The notes beneath the pieces are model-generated. The model was not told the DNA's origin. It made no database searches and was given only the letters and a program-made list of their open reading frames with translations. A DNA stretch of 62,941 bases, filler included, from Phoronis australis (Eukaryota > Animalia > Phoronida), in NCBI GenBank assembly GCA_002633005.1. It is 9 parts of 9 records of this genome, joined end to end, with 100 filler letters (N's around TTAATTAATTAA, not from the genome) between each part and the next. Parts side by side here need not be neighbours in the genome. Positions count along the whole stretch, not along the records: positions 36,342 to 47,018 come from NMRA01001742.1; positions 47,119 to 49,746 come from NMRA01003543.1; positions 49,847 to 53,151 come from NMRA01003099.1; 6 more parts are not named here. The stretch is one strand, 5' to 3'. This document shows, piece after piece, positions 39,747 to 52,540 of the stretch. The position numbers were made by a program, and so were the translations under genes. Positions within the stretch are counted from its first letter, which is position 1, and the number at the start of each line of letters is the position of its first letter.

Positions 39747-41259
39747 NAATTTCCTTTGTGGTTAAGTGGTCCAAATCAAGAAAAATTCCATGGCGGTTTG
39801 AAATAAAAGAATGGATTTGTAGGAGGATGGGATTGAAGGAACACTGTGACCTTTGTTTTTGAGAATGTTTGTCCCTACTATTTGTAAGAACCTATGACCG
39901 AATTCCAAGATTCGGTCTATTGAAATATTCTGTTCAGAATACCAACTTGAGTAAACACAAGCACAAAAATAAGTGTTTATACGGGTCATATTGCAACGTG
40001 CTATAATGTGAGAGTTATCTTTCACTGCAGCACCTTGGTGACATTTAGGTGTTCCCTTAACGCATTGTATTTCAAGAAAGTTTTGGTGTACCATCATGAC
40101 TCTGAGGACATTAAATAGTGTTTCGCATGACTCTGTTATGGTAAGGTCTGTGGAGAAATATTAATACGTTTTAGCGCTGACTAAATTATGTAGCCGCGAT
40201 CAAGTATTGGTTCTAACTTCTCACAATGCCTCTTCACCGTAACGGCAATTTGTGTGACTTCAAAATGGTTGGCACTTCCAAAATTGGGCCACATCAGTTA
40301 GACTTATATTGTCAAATTATGGATTCCAAGAAGTTTGGATAAATCAGGACGTTGAGTGTGAGAATACTTTTCTGCTAATTTTTAGACAGTGAATGAGGGA
40401 TTGTTATTTGCAAGGATGGAGACAGAGTGTTGAGAATAATTCTAAACTGTATATTTATAATCGATCTAAAAAGGAATTCAAATTGGAAAAAATTTTTAGT
40501 TTGAATATACCCGTGCGCAAATTATATCAATGGCACATTTTCGTTTCCACAGTCTCATGATTGAAGTATGCAGGCACTTTAATTTGAATAGCACAGAGTG
40601 TGTCCCCTCTGCCCCAGTGTTATAGAAGACGAGTATCATTTCTTTCTAAGCTGTGATAAATATTCTGAACCTAGAAAAAATTATATTGAAGTGTATTGCT
40701 GGAATTTTTTGTACGTTTTCAAGTGCCATAGATTATTATCAATAAGATGCTAAAATTAGTTATCCTAATGTAAATATGTATTTTGTGCTTTTTGACTCTG
40801 ATAGCTTGCAGTGCTCTTTGGTATGTTGCATGTTGTTCTTTTGTACTGTGGACCTATGGTCTTTATTACAGAAATGAATATGATTATATATAATTACTAG
40901 TTGCTTTTGAAACCTGATTTTGTACAATTAAAATGAAAAATCATAAAATGGAAAAAGCTTTTCATTATTGAGATAAAAACAGTTGAAACTGTTGTTTAGA
41001 TGCAATCTGTGTTATGCTTGCTTTCGGGTACATTACAAATTAATTAATTGTTGCCTTTGTAATCCAAGTGCCCGGACCATTTACCTGTATAATACCCACT
41101 ATTCAAGTAGTAACTTTGTTGATGTAAGCACTCATCTGTAACGTCTATTGAAGAAGTTGTGGTGTTCTAAAATGAAAAGGAAAATGTTTGCAGTCTTTTG
41201 ACAGAGTAGAATTTCTACCCACTTGTTGTCTTATTGTTAAATTCCTCCTTGTTATCCAG

Positions 41260-41443
41260 CCCCTGAGTTCTGGTGCACTATAGCCTACTTCGAGCTAGAC
41301 CAGCAGGTGGGTGAGACATTCAAGGTCCCCTCCAGTTGTCCCACGGTCACTGTAGATGGCTACACTGACCCGTCCAGTCTTGACCGTTTCTGCCTTGGCC
41401 AGCTCTCCAACGTTCACCGCACTGAAGCCAGCGACCGTGCAAG
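41260..41443 (+). CDS. SMAD4: Smad4 MH2 exon (184 nt)
   Basis: [61 protein letters not shown]; AG/GT boundaries; absent from the ORF track. Confidence 0.97.
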
Positions 41444-41885
41444 GTACGTAGCTCTGGAGTTTATGTTAGTTGACTAGTGGGTAGTAGTCAATAACAGGGC
41501 TACCACATTTTTAGAAGAACGCCCATCAAACTAAGTGATTATTGACGATTATTGTGTTGGTCTGAACTTAGGATGCAGTTCATTCCCGAATTATTTTCAG
41601 TTAGTTATTCTAGAGCCATTGCTGTGTGCGAAACGGACCATACTCAAAAAAGGAAATTGTTCTAGACAAAAGTACATGTCATTTCTAAAGATCAAGAGAA
41701 TATCAAGTTAAAATTTGCATCTTCGCCATCTTGTGTTGGATTGAAAAGTTATTGTATGAGTATTACAATTATTACTGCTACATGTCTACATACATGTAAC
41801 TGAATTGATTATGGTATGTATAGATTCGCCTTTGAATTACAGCATGTTGTCGTCACCATGGTAACATGATTGTACATTTGCTTAG

Positions 41886-42054
41886 GCTACACATTGGCCG
41901 AGGTGTTCAGCTGGACTGTCGCGGTGAGGGTGACATTTGGATACGCTGTCTGAGTGACCACAGTGTTTTCGTGCAGAGTTACTATCTGGACCGGGAAGCA
42001 GGGCGTTCGCCTGGCGATGCCGTTCACAAAATCTACCCCAGTGCATACATCAAG
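41886..42054 (+). CDS. SMAD4: Smad4 MH2 exon (169 nt)
   Basis: [56 protein letters not shown]; AG/GT boundaries. Confidence 0.97.
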
Positions 42055-42103
42055 GTAAGGTGGATAGGCATGCCTTACCATCCAATGTGCCTATTTGAAA
42101 GAA

Positions 42104-45100
42104 GGACCTTGTGATAAGAAGGGAGGACCTTGTGATGGAAAGATTATAGCCATTTTGATGGGAAGGGTGGGGTTGTGGTGGGAAGGAGGGCCCTTGTGAT
42201 GGGAAGGAGGGACCTTGTGATGGGAAGGAGGTGCCTTTTGATGGGGGACAGAACTTGTGATGGGAATGAGGGACCTTGTGATGAGAAGGAAGGACCTGGT
42301 GATGGGAAGGAGGGCAGGGACTCATCTAGCGGCCGTCCTTGGGACGGCCCTTTTAAAAAAATGACGGCTTTGGACGGCACGGCCCAGACGGAAAAAAAGA
42401 CGGCCTGTTCCAAAACAACCTCGGCGAAAATGAAGGCTAAACGAAGAATTTTAACATTTATTATTAATAAATTTCTTTGAAACCTACAATTCATTGTTTA
42501 AGTTCGCTAAATATTAAGAAATAACTCGACATTAGAAACTTTTGCCGTCAATTTTTACTATAAGTGTCACAATGACGATTGGCAAATACTGGCAGCCATC
42601 TTTGGGGAATACCTTCCTATTCTGTGACGTCAAGGTGGCTTCATACGGAATCCCCCGCACGACTAGTGTCGAGAAATATTGCATCCAGCACTAACTACCC
42701 GTACATGGACACTTAATCTTTGAAATTGAAGAACCCACACCCGAAGTTCAAAGGATTTGCCGTACCCCTAATGCTAGTTGCTGACGCGGAAGTTGAAGCG
42801 GCACTCGATATATTCGACGGAGCAGCCAATTTGAAATAGCCGATGGAGAACGTACACTTCGAAAAAAATGATACCCGACAAAATTCTAGTACTGACCTGC
42901 CGTACAAATGCCATCAATGTCGTTGAACATGCAAACCAGATAAAACTTAGCGCAAACTTCCTTAATTTGTTTGCATAGCTCCGTTGCAACTCGAACGAAT
43001 GAATGAAAAAATGTCAAAAAAATCCGCACGGCCGAACGACTTATATTGATGCGTGAGAATGCAGTGCAAACTTTACGAGAAAAAATGTGGTGTGTAATGT
43101 TGGTTACGTATTCAATGAATAACTTAGCATGAAAATAAATGCCTCGAAATACTTCATCTTATTGTGGAATTCCATGATTATTGGGCCATTCGAGTTTATC
43201 CTCTGTGTGTGGCACTGCGTGCCATATATGGAAAAAAGTAGGTCAGCCAGTCACGTGCACAGCACCTGTTACTTCGGCTGTGAACCAGGCCGGGATTTGA
43301 CTCTTAAAACTGCGAGAAAAGAATGGTTCTTTTTAAGAATAAATTTCTTGTAGCGTACTATGAAAGACAGTGATTGACTTTCAACCTGGTAAGTTTCAAT
43401 TCAACAACTGAAGCGTCCACTTAAAATACACTGCAGAAGACGTAACAACTACGATGTCCCCGGCGACCACTGGCTACGCTCGTAGCCAAACGACGTGAAA
43501 TTCACGAGTAAAGCGCTCGGAAAAACGTTTAAGAAACGTAAAAATACGAATGAAATTCAAACACGGAGTTTCGACTTTTTTTTTGATCACGATCCTTTAC
43601 GAAGCCAAGTCAGGGTATACACGCGCGAGTGCACATACGCCGTCACTCCTATTTTCCAGCGGAGATTTTCGACCGTGTTGAGCACTAGTGATAGTAGTGA
43701 TACTGATTTGTGAATTTGTAGAGGACATGGTCTTGTTTCTGTAGATTCGTGAATTGCATTACTGTGCGATGTAACGAAACGTAGACATGTACTCTAGAAT
43801 ATATTTCTTCATGTCCTTTCGAACGCAACTTCATTGTCTTCTCACAATTTTAAGTGGTTTCTCAACTGCATTTTACTTTTCTCTTTTGAGAGCTTCAAGA
43901 TACATTGAGTCCTGTACTCATGCTGTCTATCATGCAACTCTACATAGATTATCTTACTAAAAAGATTTACAGATCTTGATTTTTGCAACCTAGTGACAAT
44001 ACACACATCCTGAATGGAACAAACCTCCTAATTTTTGTTTAGTTTCCCTATGTGCCGTCCTTTGAACAAGAAAAAGACATCCAAACAGTGTGCTAAATAA
44101 AATGCAAAGAAATAACCTTTTTTATGTAACAATTTTTTCCTCACCGGGTGGGGGAATTCCCCCACCTCCCCCCTCCCCCAACTTCCCCCACCCCCCAACT
44201 TGGCCCCCCCCACCCCCCCTCCCCATCAGCGCTGCGCGCCTCAGATTTGCGCTTTGCAGGACTCGTAATTCTCACGAATTNNNNNNNNNNNNNNNNNNNN
44301 NNNNNNNNNNNNNNNNNNNNNNNNNNNNNNNNNNNNNNNNNNNNNNNNNNNNNNNNNNNNNNNNNNNNNNNNNNNNNNNNNNNNNNNNNNNNNNNNNNNN
44401 NNNNNNNNNNNNNNNNNNNNNNNNNNNNNNNNNNNNNNNNNNNNNNNNNNNNNNNNNNNNNNNNNNNNNNNNNNNNNNNNNNNNNNNNNNNNNNNNNNNN
44501 NNNNNNNNNNNNNNNNNNNNNNNNNNNNNNNNNNNNNNNNNNNNNNNNNNNNNNNNNNNNNNNNNNNNNNNNNNNNNNNNNNNNNNNNNNNNNNNNNNNN
44601 NNNNNNNNNNNNNNNNNNNNNNNNNNNNNNNNNNNNNNNNNNNNNNNNNNNNNNNNNNNNNNNNNNNNNNNNNNNNNNNNNNNNNNNNNNNNNNNNNNNN
44701 NNNNNNNNNNNNNNNNNNNNNNNNNNNNNNNNNNNNNNNNNNNNNNNNNNNNNNNNNNNNNNNNNNNNNNNNNNNNNNNNNNNNNNNNNNNNNNNNNNNN
44801 NNNNNNNNNNNNNNNNNNNNNNNNNNNNNNNNNNNNNNNNNNNNNNNNNNNNNNNNNNNNNNNNNNNNNNNNNNNNNNNNNNNNNNNNNNNNNNNNNNNN
44901 NNNNNNNNNNNNNNNNNNNNNNNNNNNNNNNNNNNNNNNNCGAATGTTGCGATGGGAATGACAATACGTGTGATGGGAAGGAGGGACCTTGTGATGAGAA
45001 GGAAGGACCTGGTGATGGGAAGGAGGGGCCTTTTGATGGGAAGGAGGGACCTTGTGATGGGAAGGAGGGACCTTGTGATGGGAAGGAGGGGCCTTTTGAT

Positions 45101-45255
45101 GGGAATGAGGGACCTTGTGATGAGAAGGAGGGACCTTGTGATGGGAAGGAGGACCTTGTGATGGGAAGGACGGACCTTGTGATGGGAAGGAGGGACCTTG
45201 TGATGGGAAGGACGGGCCTTGTGATGGAAAGGACGGGCTTTGTGATGGAAAGGCC
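42104..45255. repeat. 21-bp minisatellite (CCTTGTGATGGGAAGGAGGGA)n, split into 42104-42314 and about 44950-45255 by an insertion and a gap
   Basis: Same unit on both sides; unrelated sequence starts abruptly at 42315 with CAGGGACTCATCTAGCGGCCGTCC. Confidence 0.85.
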
Positions 45256-45914
45256 GAAACCAATATAGTACAAAGGACAATTGGAAGAGACGGGTTGTGA
45301 AAATTTGAGAATTTGAGACTAAACACAACAATGATATTCTGTAATGGAAACTGAGATTGTAAAATGAAGAAATCTTCTGTCCTTCCCGTTGCAACTCCCA
45401 TTTCCCATTCGTCCTTTGCAATTTTGAGTGTTCATCTCCTGTCAAAGTCCTAACTTCGTGTTGAATGATAAAGGTGATGTTTTGATGCTGTAGTTGCCGA
45501 GTCCTCTTGTTTGTATTTCATGTGTCACCAAGGAGTGAACTAATAGTACCCATTCATCGTGACTATACATTTACGAATTGGGATTCATGATGATGTTTTT
45601 AAAAGGATTAGAATGCATTTTTTCAGTTGCAGGTTGTTAATGGCATTTATTTAAATGTCTTTTGGGATTGAAGATTAATACATTGTTGGGTTCAGGTTTG
45701 ATCCCTTGCAGAGTCTGATGATTAGTTCAGCTGTAAAAATATACAATATGTGCATGTCTCCTTATATATGATGTTCTGCTCTGACTTAATATGACTTAAT
45801 AAATATATTGTTTTGCATTTACATCGATTGGATAAAAGGGCGAATGCTACTCTCCCTTATGCCGTGCTTTGTTGTGTCCCGCAGCTGACGTTCTCTATCT
45901 CTCTCACTCTGTAG

Positions 45915-46058
<144 letters not shown>

Positions 46059-46447
46059 TAGAGTTGAACATTCGGAAGTACTAGGGTGGCAACACGAGCT
46101 AATTTTGTTAGATGAAAAGAAGACAAATTTTTAATTATTTAATGCCTGTTAGAAATTTTTATTCGTGTGTTTGCGAGTTGTATTACATGGTAGATGTTGT
46201 ATCTGTGTTATCACAAATTCTAGCGTGTAACAAAAGAAGTCATTCCTAAAATTTAAACTGCATTCAAATGGGAATTGTATCAAGTGGCAGATCAGATATT
46301 GGAAAAAGAGCGCAGTTCCAAGTTACCTTCAAATAATTTCTTGTCTGTAAACTTTTGTTGTCATAATAATCATTTTAGTCACCATTCATTTTTCATTTCA
46401 CATTATGGTGGTCTGAGTACAAATACCTTCAGTCCGTTTGGCTCAAA

Positions 46448-46700
46448 GAGACATTATGGCTCAGTGGTTTGAACTTTGGAGTCCCGTTTGGGAGACCCGG
46501 GTTCGAATCCCAGCTTTACTGGCTGACAATCGAGCAGTGCACAAAGGTGTCTCTTATTCCTCTGAGCTTGGTCGTAGTAGTGAATTTTTGCAAGGAAGTG
46601 AATGGAAGCTTGGATGAATGCCAAAGCGATTTCTTGGGGTGTGCTAGTATGTCTTGAACCAAATTTTGGAACAGCTTAACAATAAACCTTTAAATCCAAT
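46448..46700 (+). mobile_element. tRNA-derived SINE
   Basis: A box TGGCTCAGTGG (46457-46467), B box GGTTCGAATCC (46500-46510), non-tRNA body, AATAAA near the end. Confidence 0.6.
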
Positions 46701-47939
46701 CTAGTTAGTCAAAAAATTTTTCTCTTTAATACTATGGTGCTGTGATATGAAATATATTACATTTTGCAAATGTTCCCATATCATATACAGATTAATCGTT
46801 GTTTATTATCTAATGTGTTCCTCGATCGTGTTTTTTATTTTTGTGTAGTGAGTAACTTTATTTTAATTATTCCTGAGCTTTGCGTGAGGACCAAAGTGTA
46901 AATATGTTGCTGGACTTACCTGTGTTCTCGTCGGCTTAGTTCAGGAGCCACTGTTCATTTACTTTTGTATGTATTTTTTTTTTTTTTTTAATCATTTTTA
47001 TATGAGATTTGTTAAAGANNNNNNNNNNNNNNNNNNNNNNNNNNNNNNNNNNNNNNNNNNNNTTAATTAATTAANNNNNNNNNNNNNNNNNNNNNNNNNN
47101 NNNNNNNNNNNNNNNNNNGTCCCCGATTTAAGTCAGTGCATGGTTTACCTTTTGAGGACCCTGACAAGGTCATTGTTGTTAGGGTCTCCTCTTGTGCAGC
47201 ACTATATTTTTCCTGCGTATTTCCTAATTTATGCAAATTTAGATATTTTCCTATTTAGGGTCCCCGCACTTGAAGGAGGCCATATTATTAAGGTGTCCCA
47301 TTTCGGACCGGACCTTCGCTAAGTGGAGCAGTTTGAAGGAAGTGTCCCTTTGTTCCTTTATACATGTAAATCCAACACTGCCACGTATTCAACAAGGAAA
47401 TTTAGATTCCAAATTCACCAAAAAACACAAAACATTCGTGCCCAACACAGCGGTATCTAGACATTCGACCCAAACAACCAAAAATGTGAAGAAAGTACAA
47501 TAGGATTGACCGCCATCGAAAGGGTAGAATTTTGAAGAACATGAGGACCACTGTGAATTATACTATTTCCGATGGCTATTTATAAAATAAATTACAGTTT
47601 CCCATGGTTTCACAAGTTTTAACTTAAAAGTATCTCTTTTGAAGATGGTTACTATGAAGTCTTGCTTGTAAGGAATTCCCACTGCGGAAACGGCTGTCTA
47701 GTCAACTATTTGTGATGACCGTGTACATGTAGAAAGTGATACTCAAAGAACTCTCGCAATCATAAACAATAATTTCAGGGGTTTTCTTTTTCAGTGGACT
47801 TCAAAATTACCCCATGAACCGTTATAGGTACCCCTGAAGTGAGCAAAAATACACCTTACGGTAATACAAATGTCCAATCTCCCATATTCTCCCGGTTACC
47901 CGTCAAAAATCTGAGAGCATGCTCGTGGAAGTTTTGATA

Positions 47940-48335
47940 AACAAATTCGTTGGTTTCTGATTTACTTGTTTTTGTGTATCTACACAAATTCATAGATTCA
48001 TACATGTACATGATTTTTGAATGTTGCAAGCTAATCTTGTACGAATTATATATAATTTAATTGCAGCCTGAAGTTGGAAAACTCTATAATCCTATCCCCT
48101 AATATTAAAGTACAGTTACACGATTTTTGCCTATCTAAAATAACTCTCAAAGTCATTGGGGAAATTCAGAATCAGAAACCGTCGATCGAAAAAAGTTTTT
48201 AAAATACTTAAATAAACTAAATTGAGCTCATTGCTTATGAAGCTTGTCTTTGTACTTCCTTGTACTTCCTTTTTAGTGACCAGTAGTATTGAGCAATGAA
48301 TATTTGTTCTTCAAACTGAATTGTTTGCTTGCCCA
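47940..48335 (+). mobile_element. L1/Tx1-like remnant, inverted homologue of about 22950-23780
   Basis: Shared GAAGTTGGAAAACTCTATAATCC, TTGCCTATCTAAAATAACTCTCAAA and GGGCAAGCAAACAATTCAGTTT blocks in opposite orientation. Confidence 0.65.
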
Positions 48336-49968
48336 ATACCCGTGCACGTCATGACTGACGCACCCACGTTAAACAATAAGATGTAACCATGCAGTAGGCC
48401 AGAGCAGAATCTCAATGATCCACGGGAAGTGAACTCCAGGCGTTGAAGTATGTACATTTGTGGGAAACACTCAGTATCATTCTTCCCAACCACCAGAAAC
48501 TGGACGACCGGTCGTGTTTCTACGAGGGATTTTGAAACAGCCCCAAAGGTATCATAATAGGCACCTCGGTACCTCAAATTTTCAAAAAAAAAAAATCCAA
48601 AGAATGCCATAATGAAATAAAGTTGTCCCAAAACTGTATCGCAATCGTGAATAAAACGAGTCTTGACTTAGAGCAAGCGGTGGCGGCAAGTACGAGCTGT
48701 CTAGTTCATCGGGAATTCCGTGTATCTACTTGAGGAAGCTCCCTCGTTACCGGTCAGTGTACATGTCCTAGGCCTATTCTTACTCTCAGTGTTTGTTCAC
48801 GCTTACTGAACTCTTGATGGCTGCAATCCCAAGATTGACCCCCACCTAGGACGGATGTGAGAGATTCGGCACAAATATAAATATGGTGCCATCGGGGAGC
48901 TCCTTGGGGGGAGGGGGGGGGGGGTTANNNNNNNNNNNNNNNNNNNNNNNNNNNNNNNNNNNNNNNNNNNNNNNNNNNNNNNNNNNNNNNNNNNNNNNNN
49001 NNNNNNNNNNNNNNNNNNNCTTGGAAATATTCCGCGACATTGCGTTTGCCACTTGAACCTTCAGCCATAATCGTTGCCCAAGTTAGTCCGTTTCCCAAGG
49101 GTCATCGTTTTTGCCGTCATTGTCAACTGAGAATGAATTATAACACGTCCTCTGTTCTGTCAGGGCAATGTTGTACAAATAGAAAAATGTTAAATCCATT
49201 GCGGAATGCATAATAAGTGCGTTTTTGGGTTGCAGTACCTGTATGGTGAAAGGCTCAGGTTTTTATGTACTGATTGGGGCATTATATGGGCTGGTTGGTG
49301 CCCAGCATTATAATGAATTGAAAACCATCAGTTAGATCTATGAGCGTTTTCAAATGGTCTTTGTGGGTCTTTTACGACCTTACTTCCAACGTGACATCAG
49401 GTCATTCGAAAAATATGTTAGGTATTGGACGAGGTGTCACAGCACGTACTCTACAGTTAGTCGGAGAGGATTTCATCATGTTAACAATTCCAGCTCACCT
49501 GTTCCTTCAAGCATAGAGAAAAAGAATCGAATTCTTTCAGTGTCGCATGCCCCCATAGTGTCCCAGCACCGTTCAATTTCTTTGCACCCATTATGTGTTG
49601 TGGTTTCTACTAGAAACCCGTAACCTACTTTACGACGCGGTGAATGACGTTATTGTTAGCGCTTTTGCCTATATACTCCGATGCCCTATAGTCGTCCGCC
49701 TAAGCATAAAACCGGCTTGTTGTCTTACTCACCCAATTATTCCACTNNNNNNNNNNNNNNNNNNNNNNNNNNNNNNNNNNNNNNNNNNNNTTAATTAATT
49801 AANNNNNNNNNNNNNNNNNNNNNNNNNNNNNNNNNNNNNNNNNNNNCATCTCTTCTTAAAGCAACACCACTTCCCATTAATATCAAAAAGATCCTCCGCT
49901 GTAATGTGTGGTTTGGTATGGTCTTCAATTGAAATGCTACTGCTGCTTCTTCTGCCGCAGCTGTTCGG

Positions 49969-50011
49969 ACGATGATGATGGTGATGGTGATGATGATGAT
50001 GGTGATGATGG

Positions 50012-50066
<55 letters not shown>

Positions 50067-50076
50067 GATGATGATT
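49969..50076. repeat. (GAT)n microsatellite
   Basis: About 35 triplets with GGT/GAA interruptions. Confidence 0.95.
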
Positions 50077-51245
50077 GTGGATGAGACTTTCATCGACGGT
50101 TTTTCATGCCTTGGTTTCACTGGATATGCTCCGTCTCTAAGATGTACAATGCACACTTACAACCTCATCAGGGCAAATCAGCTTTTCGGGTCACTTTTGT
50201 TGTTTGCTTTGAACGCTGAATTTTCACAAGCCCGCTCGTCATGAACGCGACCCGGCCAAGCCATCTTGTATTTACATCACTAATAACATAATAAGCGCCA
50301 CAAATGACACATTCAACAAACACGCAAATAATCAGACTGTTGAAACAAAAACCGCGAACGATATTTCGGACACGATCATTAATATGCGCCTTCCATCTAT
50401 ACTACCACTACAACCATCAAAGAAATCACAAATTTATCATTCAAGTGATGGCCTTAATTGTGGAAATGTTGTGCAGCGTTACCTATCAAGTAACTAGCTA
50501 TGACTGTGCTAATTTCACGTACATGTACGCATGTGAACCGGAAACCCCTTTCATTTGTGTGTCCGCCAAGTTACCACTCAAAAGTGCGGTTACCAAATCT
50601 TGTACGCATTCATTAGGACTTGGCTCCCGGTGGATTGTTTCGTTTGTATTATGTATGAGGAAAACCTACAGAAGGGCATCTGCCATTTGACAATTTTCAT
50701 CACCATTTGTCTTTGAAACTTTTATTATTAAATGTGTTTTGCCACCATTTCACCGATCTTTCTTGATCTATCCATACTTGGCGTTTGGGAGATAGCCCCA
50801 AAAGCAATCCTTGGGGATCGATACCTGAGCCTCAGACCCACCCAGCTTCAAAACAAATTGTTCTTGCTAGAAAAAAATTCTCTTTACTGAGAAACGTTCT
50901 TGTGTTGACTTCGCTGCGAAATGTATAGAGTACCGAGCGCAAATATTGCTTATCTTTTCCCCTGTACGAGTGTAGATTTGCGTATGGTGTATACTTACGT
51001 ACGGGTGTAAAATTGCTACATATAAACGGTGCTTTAGTATTAAACCTGGCGCAGCCGTCGTGCCGTGAACGAAAATTTGTTCAAGTGGAAGCGGTTAATC
51101 GCTTCGTTTGACGATCTATACGTGTCGCGGAACTGATGTGGCTGTGTTTATATTAAACCACATATGTATTTTGTAGAATAGTAACTGGCGTTATTTCCAC
51201 GTTGCAATCAGCATTATTATCAATAACGTTTCAAGTTATCGATAG

Positions 51246-51336
51246 GTTTCTTGGTAACCACGACGCCGGAATGTCGGTCGTTGAAGTTGGCCTGTTCACT
51301 GGATTTGAAGCCGCCAACCTGTCGCTGGCAATTTTA
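51246..51336 (+). CDS. Complement C3 / A2M / TEP family MG8-domain exon (91 nt)
   Basis: GATAG| FLGNHDAGMSVVEVGLFTGFEAANLSLAIL |GTAAGA; resembles C3 [20 protein letters not shown]. Confidence 0.75.
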
Positions 51337-51657
51337 GTAAGAGACCAAATTTCTCGCAACCTACTATTTTGAGTATAAAATCATTGGCGTGAATTCATCT
51401 TGTTTCGTATGTTTTCATATGATTAAATTCAAGATGCTTCAAAAATTATGTAAATTTTAATTATCACTTTTCACATAACGAGTCTGAATAAATATTCGTA
51501 GAAAATTTGAATTTTTTACAAAACCCCCATAATGTGTCATGTTGATCACACCATGTGCTTGCTTCGTATTAATGTAGTACATAACGTTTTTTTTACAATT
51601 TTATGCCTTTTTATTGAGCATAAGGACAGAATGCTTCTGACTATTTTCGTGTTTCAG

Positions 51658-51729
51658 AAATATTGCAAGTCCGATGTTATTGAAAGCTATGCAATCACCA
51701 AAAGAAAAGTCATATTCTATTTGAAGACG
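51658..51729 (+). CDS. Next C3/TEP MG8-domain exon (72 nt)
   Basis: TTTCAG| KYCKSDVIESYAITKRKVIFYLKT |GTGAGT; in frame with previous exon; resembles C3 ISKYE...RNTLIIYLDK. Confidence 0.75.
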
Positions 51730-51843
51730 GTGAGTGCTATGTCATTTAGTCATTCATAAACTTTGTTTGGTCAGTCCTGTTTCACCTAAATTGCATTACT
51801 TGCTAACTACGCCAATTTATAGACTGACATTCTGCCCCTTGTT

Positions 51844-52540
51844 TTAAAGTCCTTCTTGCAAACTTCCCATGTGGTTCCAGTATCCGAAAATACTTACTAC
51901 ATAAATTCTTATTTTCGATAAAATTTCTTTATATTCTTTTCGCATTTCTTGCCAAAAGCGATTTTTTTAACAGTATTTGACCCTTCTCTCTGAGCGTATG
52001 ATTACCGGTTGTCATCGGTTATTTCCGTACCCACATTTCCGGCTCATCAGTTCAAGAACTTGTCCTGAACGCCGCGGCTTACTCGAAAAGTCTTCATTAT
52101 TTTGTTTTATTAGTAATATATCGTGATTCGTTTGCATATGTAGTGTATTTATAGTTTGTAGTTAGTGGTCGTTGATTTTTTGGAATGTTACGCGTACTTA
52201 GTATGTTAAAATAGCATTGGTGTTTAGTTCCTTACGTAGGCGGGTCGAACATAGGAACCAATATGGGTCGAACCAATTTTTTTCGGTTTTATTTTTTTCC
52301 TCGTTTTGAAAAAGTACTTTGCTATCATCGGAAAGGTAGTACATTCTGCTCAGTAAAAATCGCAAAAGTATCAAAATCGGGGCAAGCACTGTAAAGTTAT
52401 TGCAAGTTTTGTGGCGAAATTTGGGTCACTTTTGTTTGGATCGCGTCGGCCATATTGGAGGACAGCGGGATGAGTTACGAGTTTAAAACTGTGTAAATTG
52501 TTTTCGCCAACAAATTACGGTGAAATTTAGTTAGACATAT
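51844..52540 (+). mobile_element. Non-autonomous interspersed element, copy 2
   Basis: Near-identical to 15470-16352 without its internal duplications. Confidence 0.8.

Noticed and set aside
39457-39862. Repetitive ORFs or CRISPR-like 45-bp array
   Set aside because: Spacer-less intronic minisatellite.
46448-46520. Functional tRNA gene
   Set aside because: A and B boxes are present but no convincing cloverleaf or acceptor stem; treated as a SINE.
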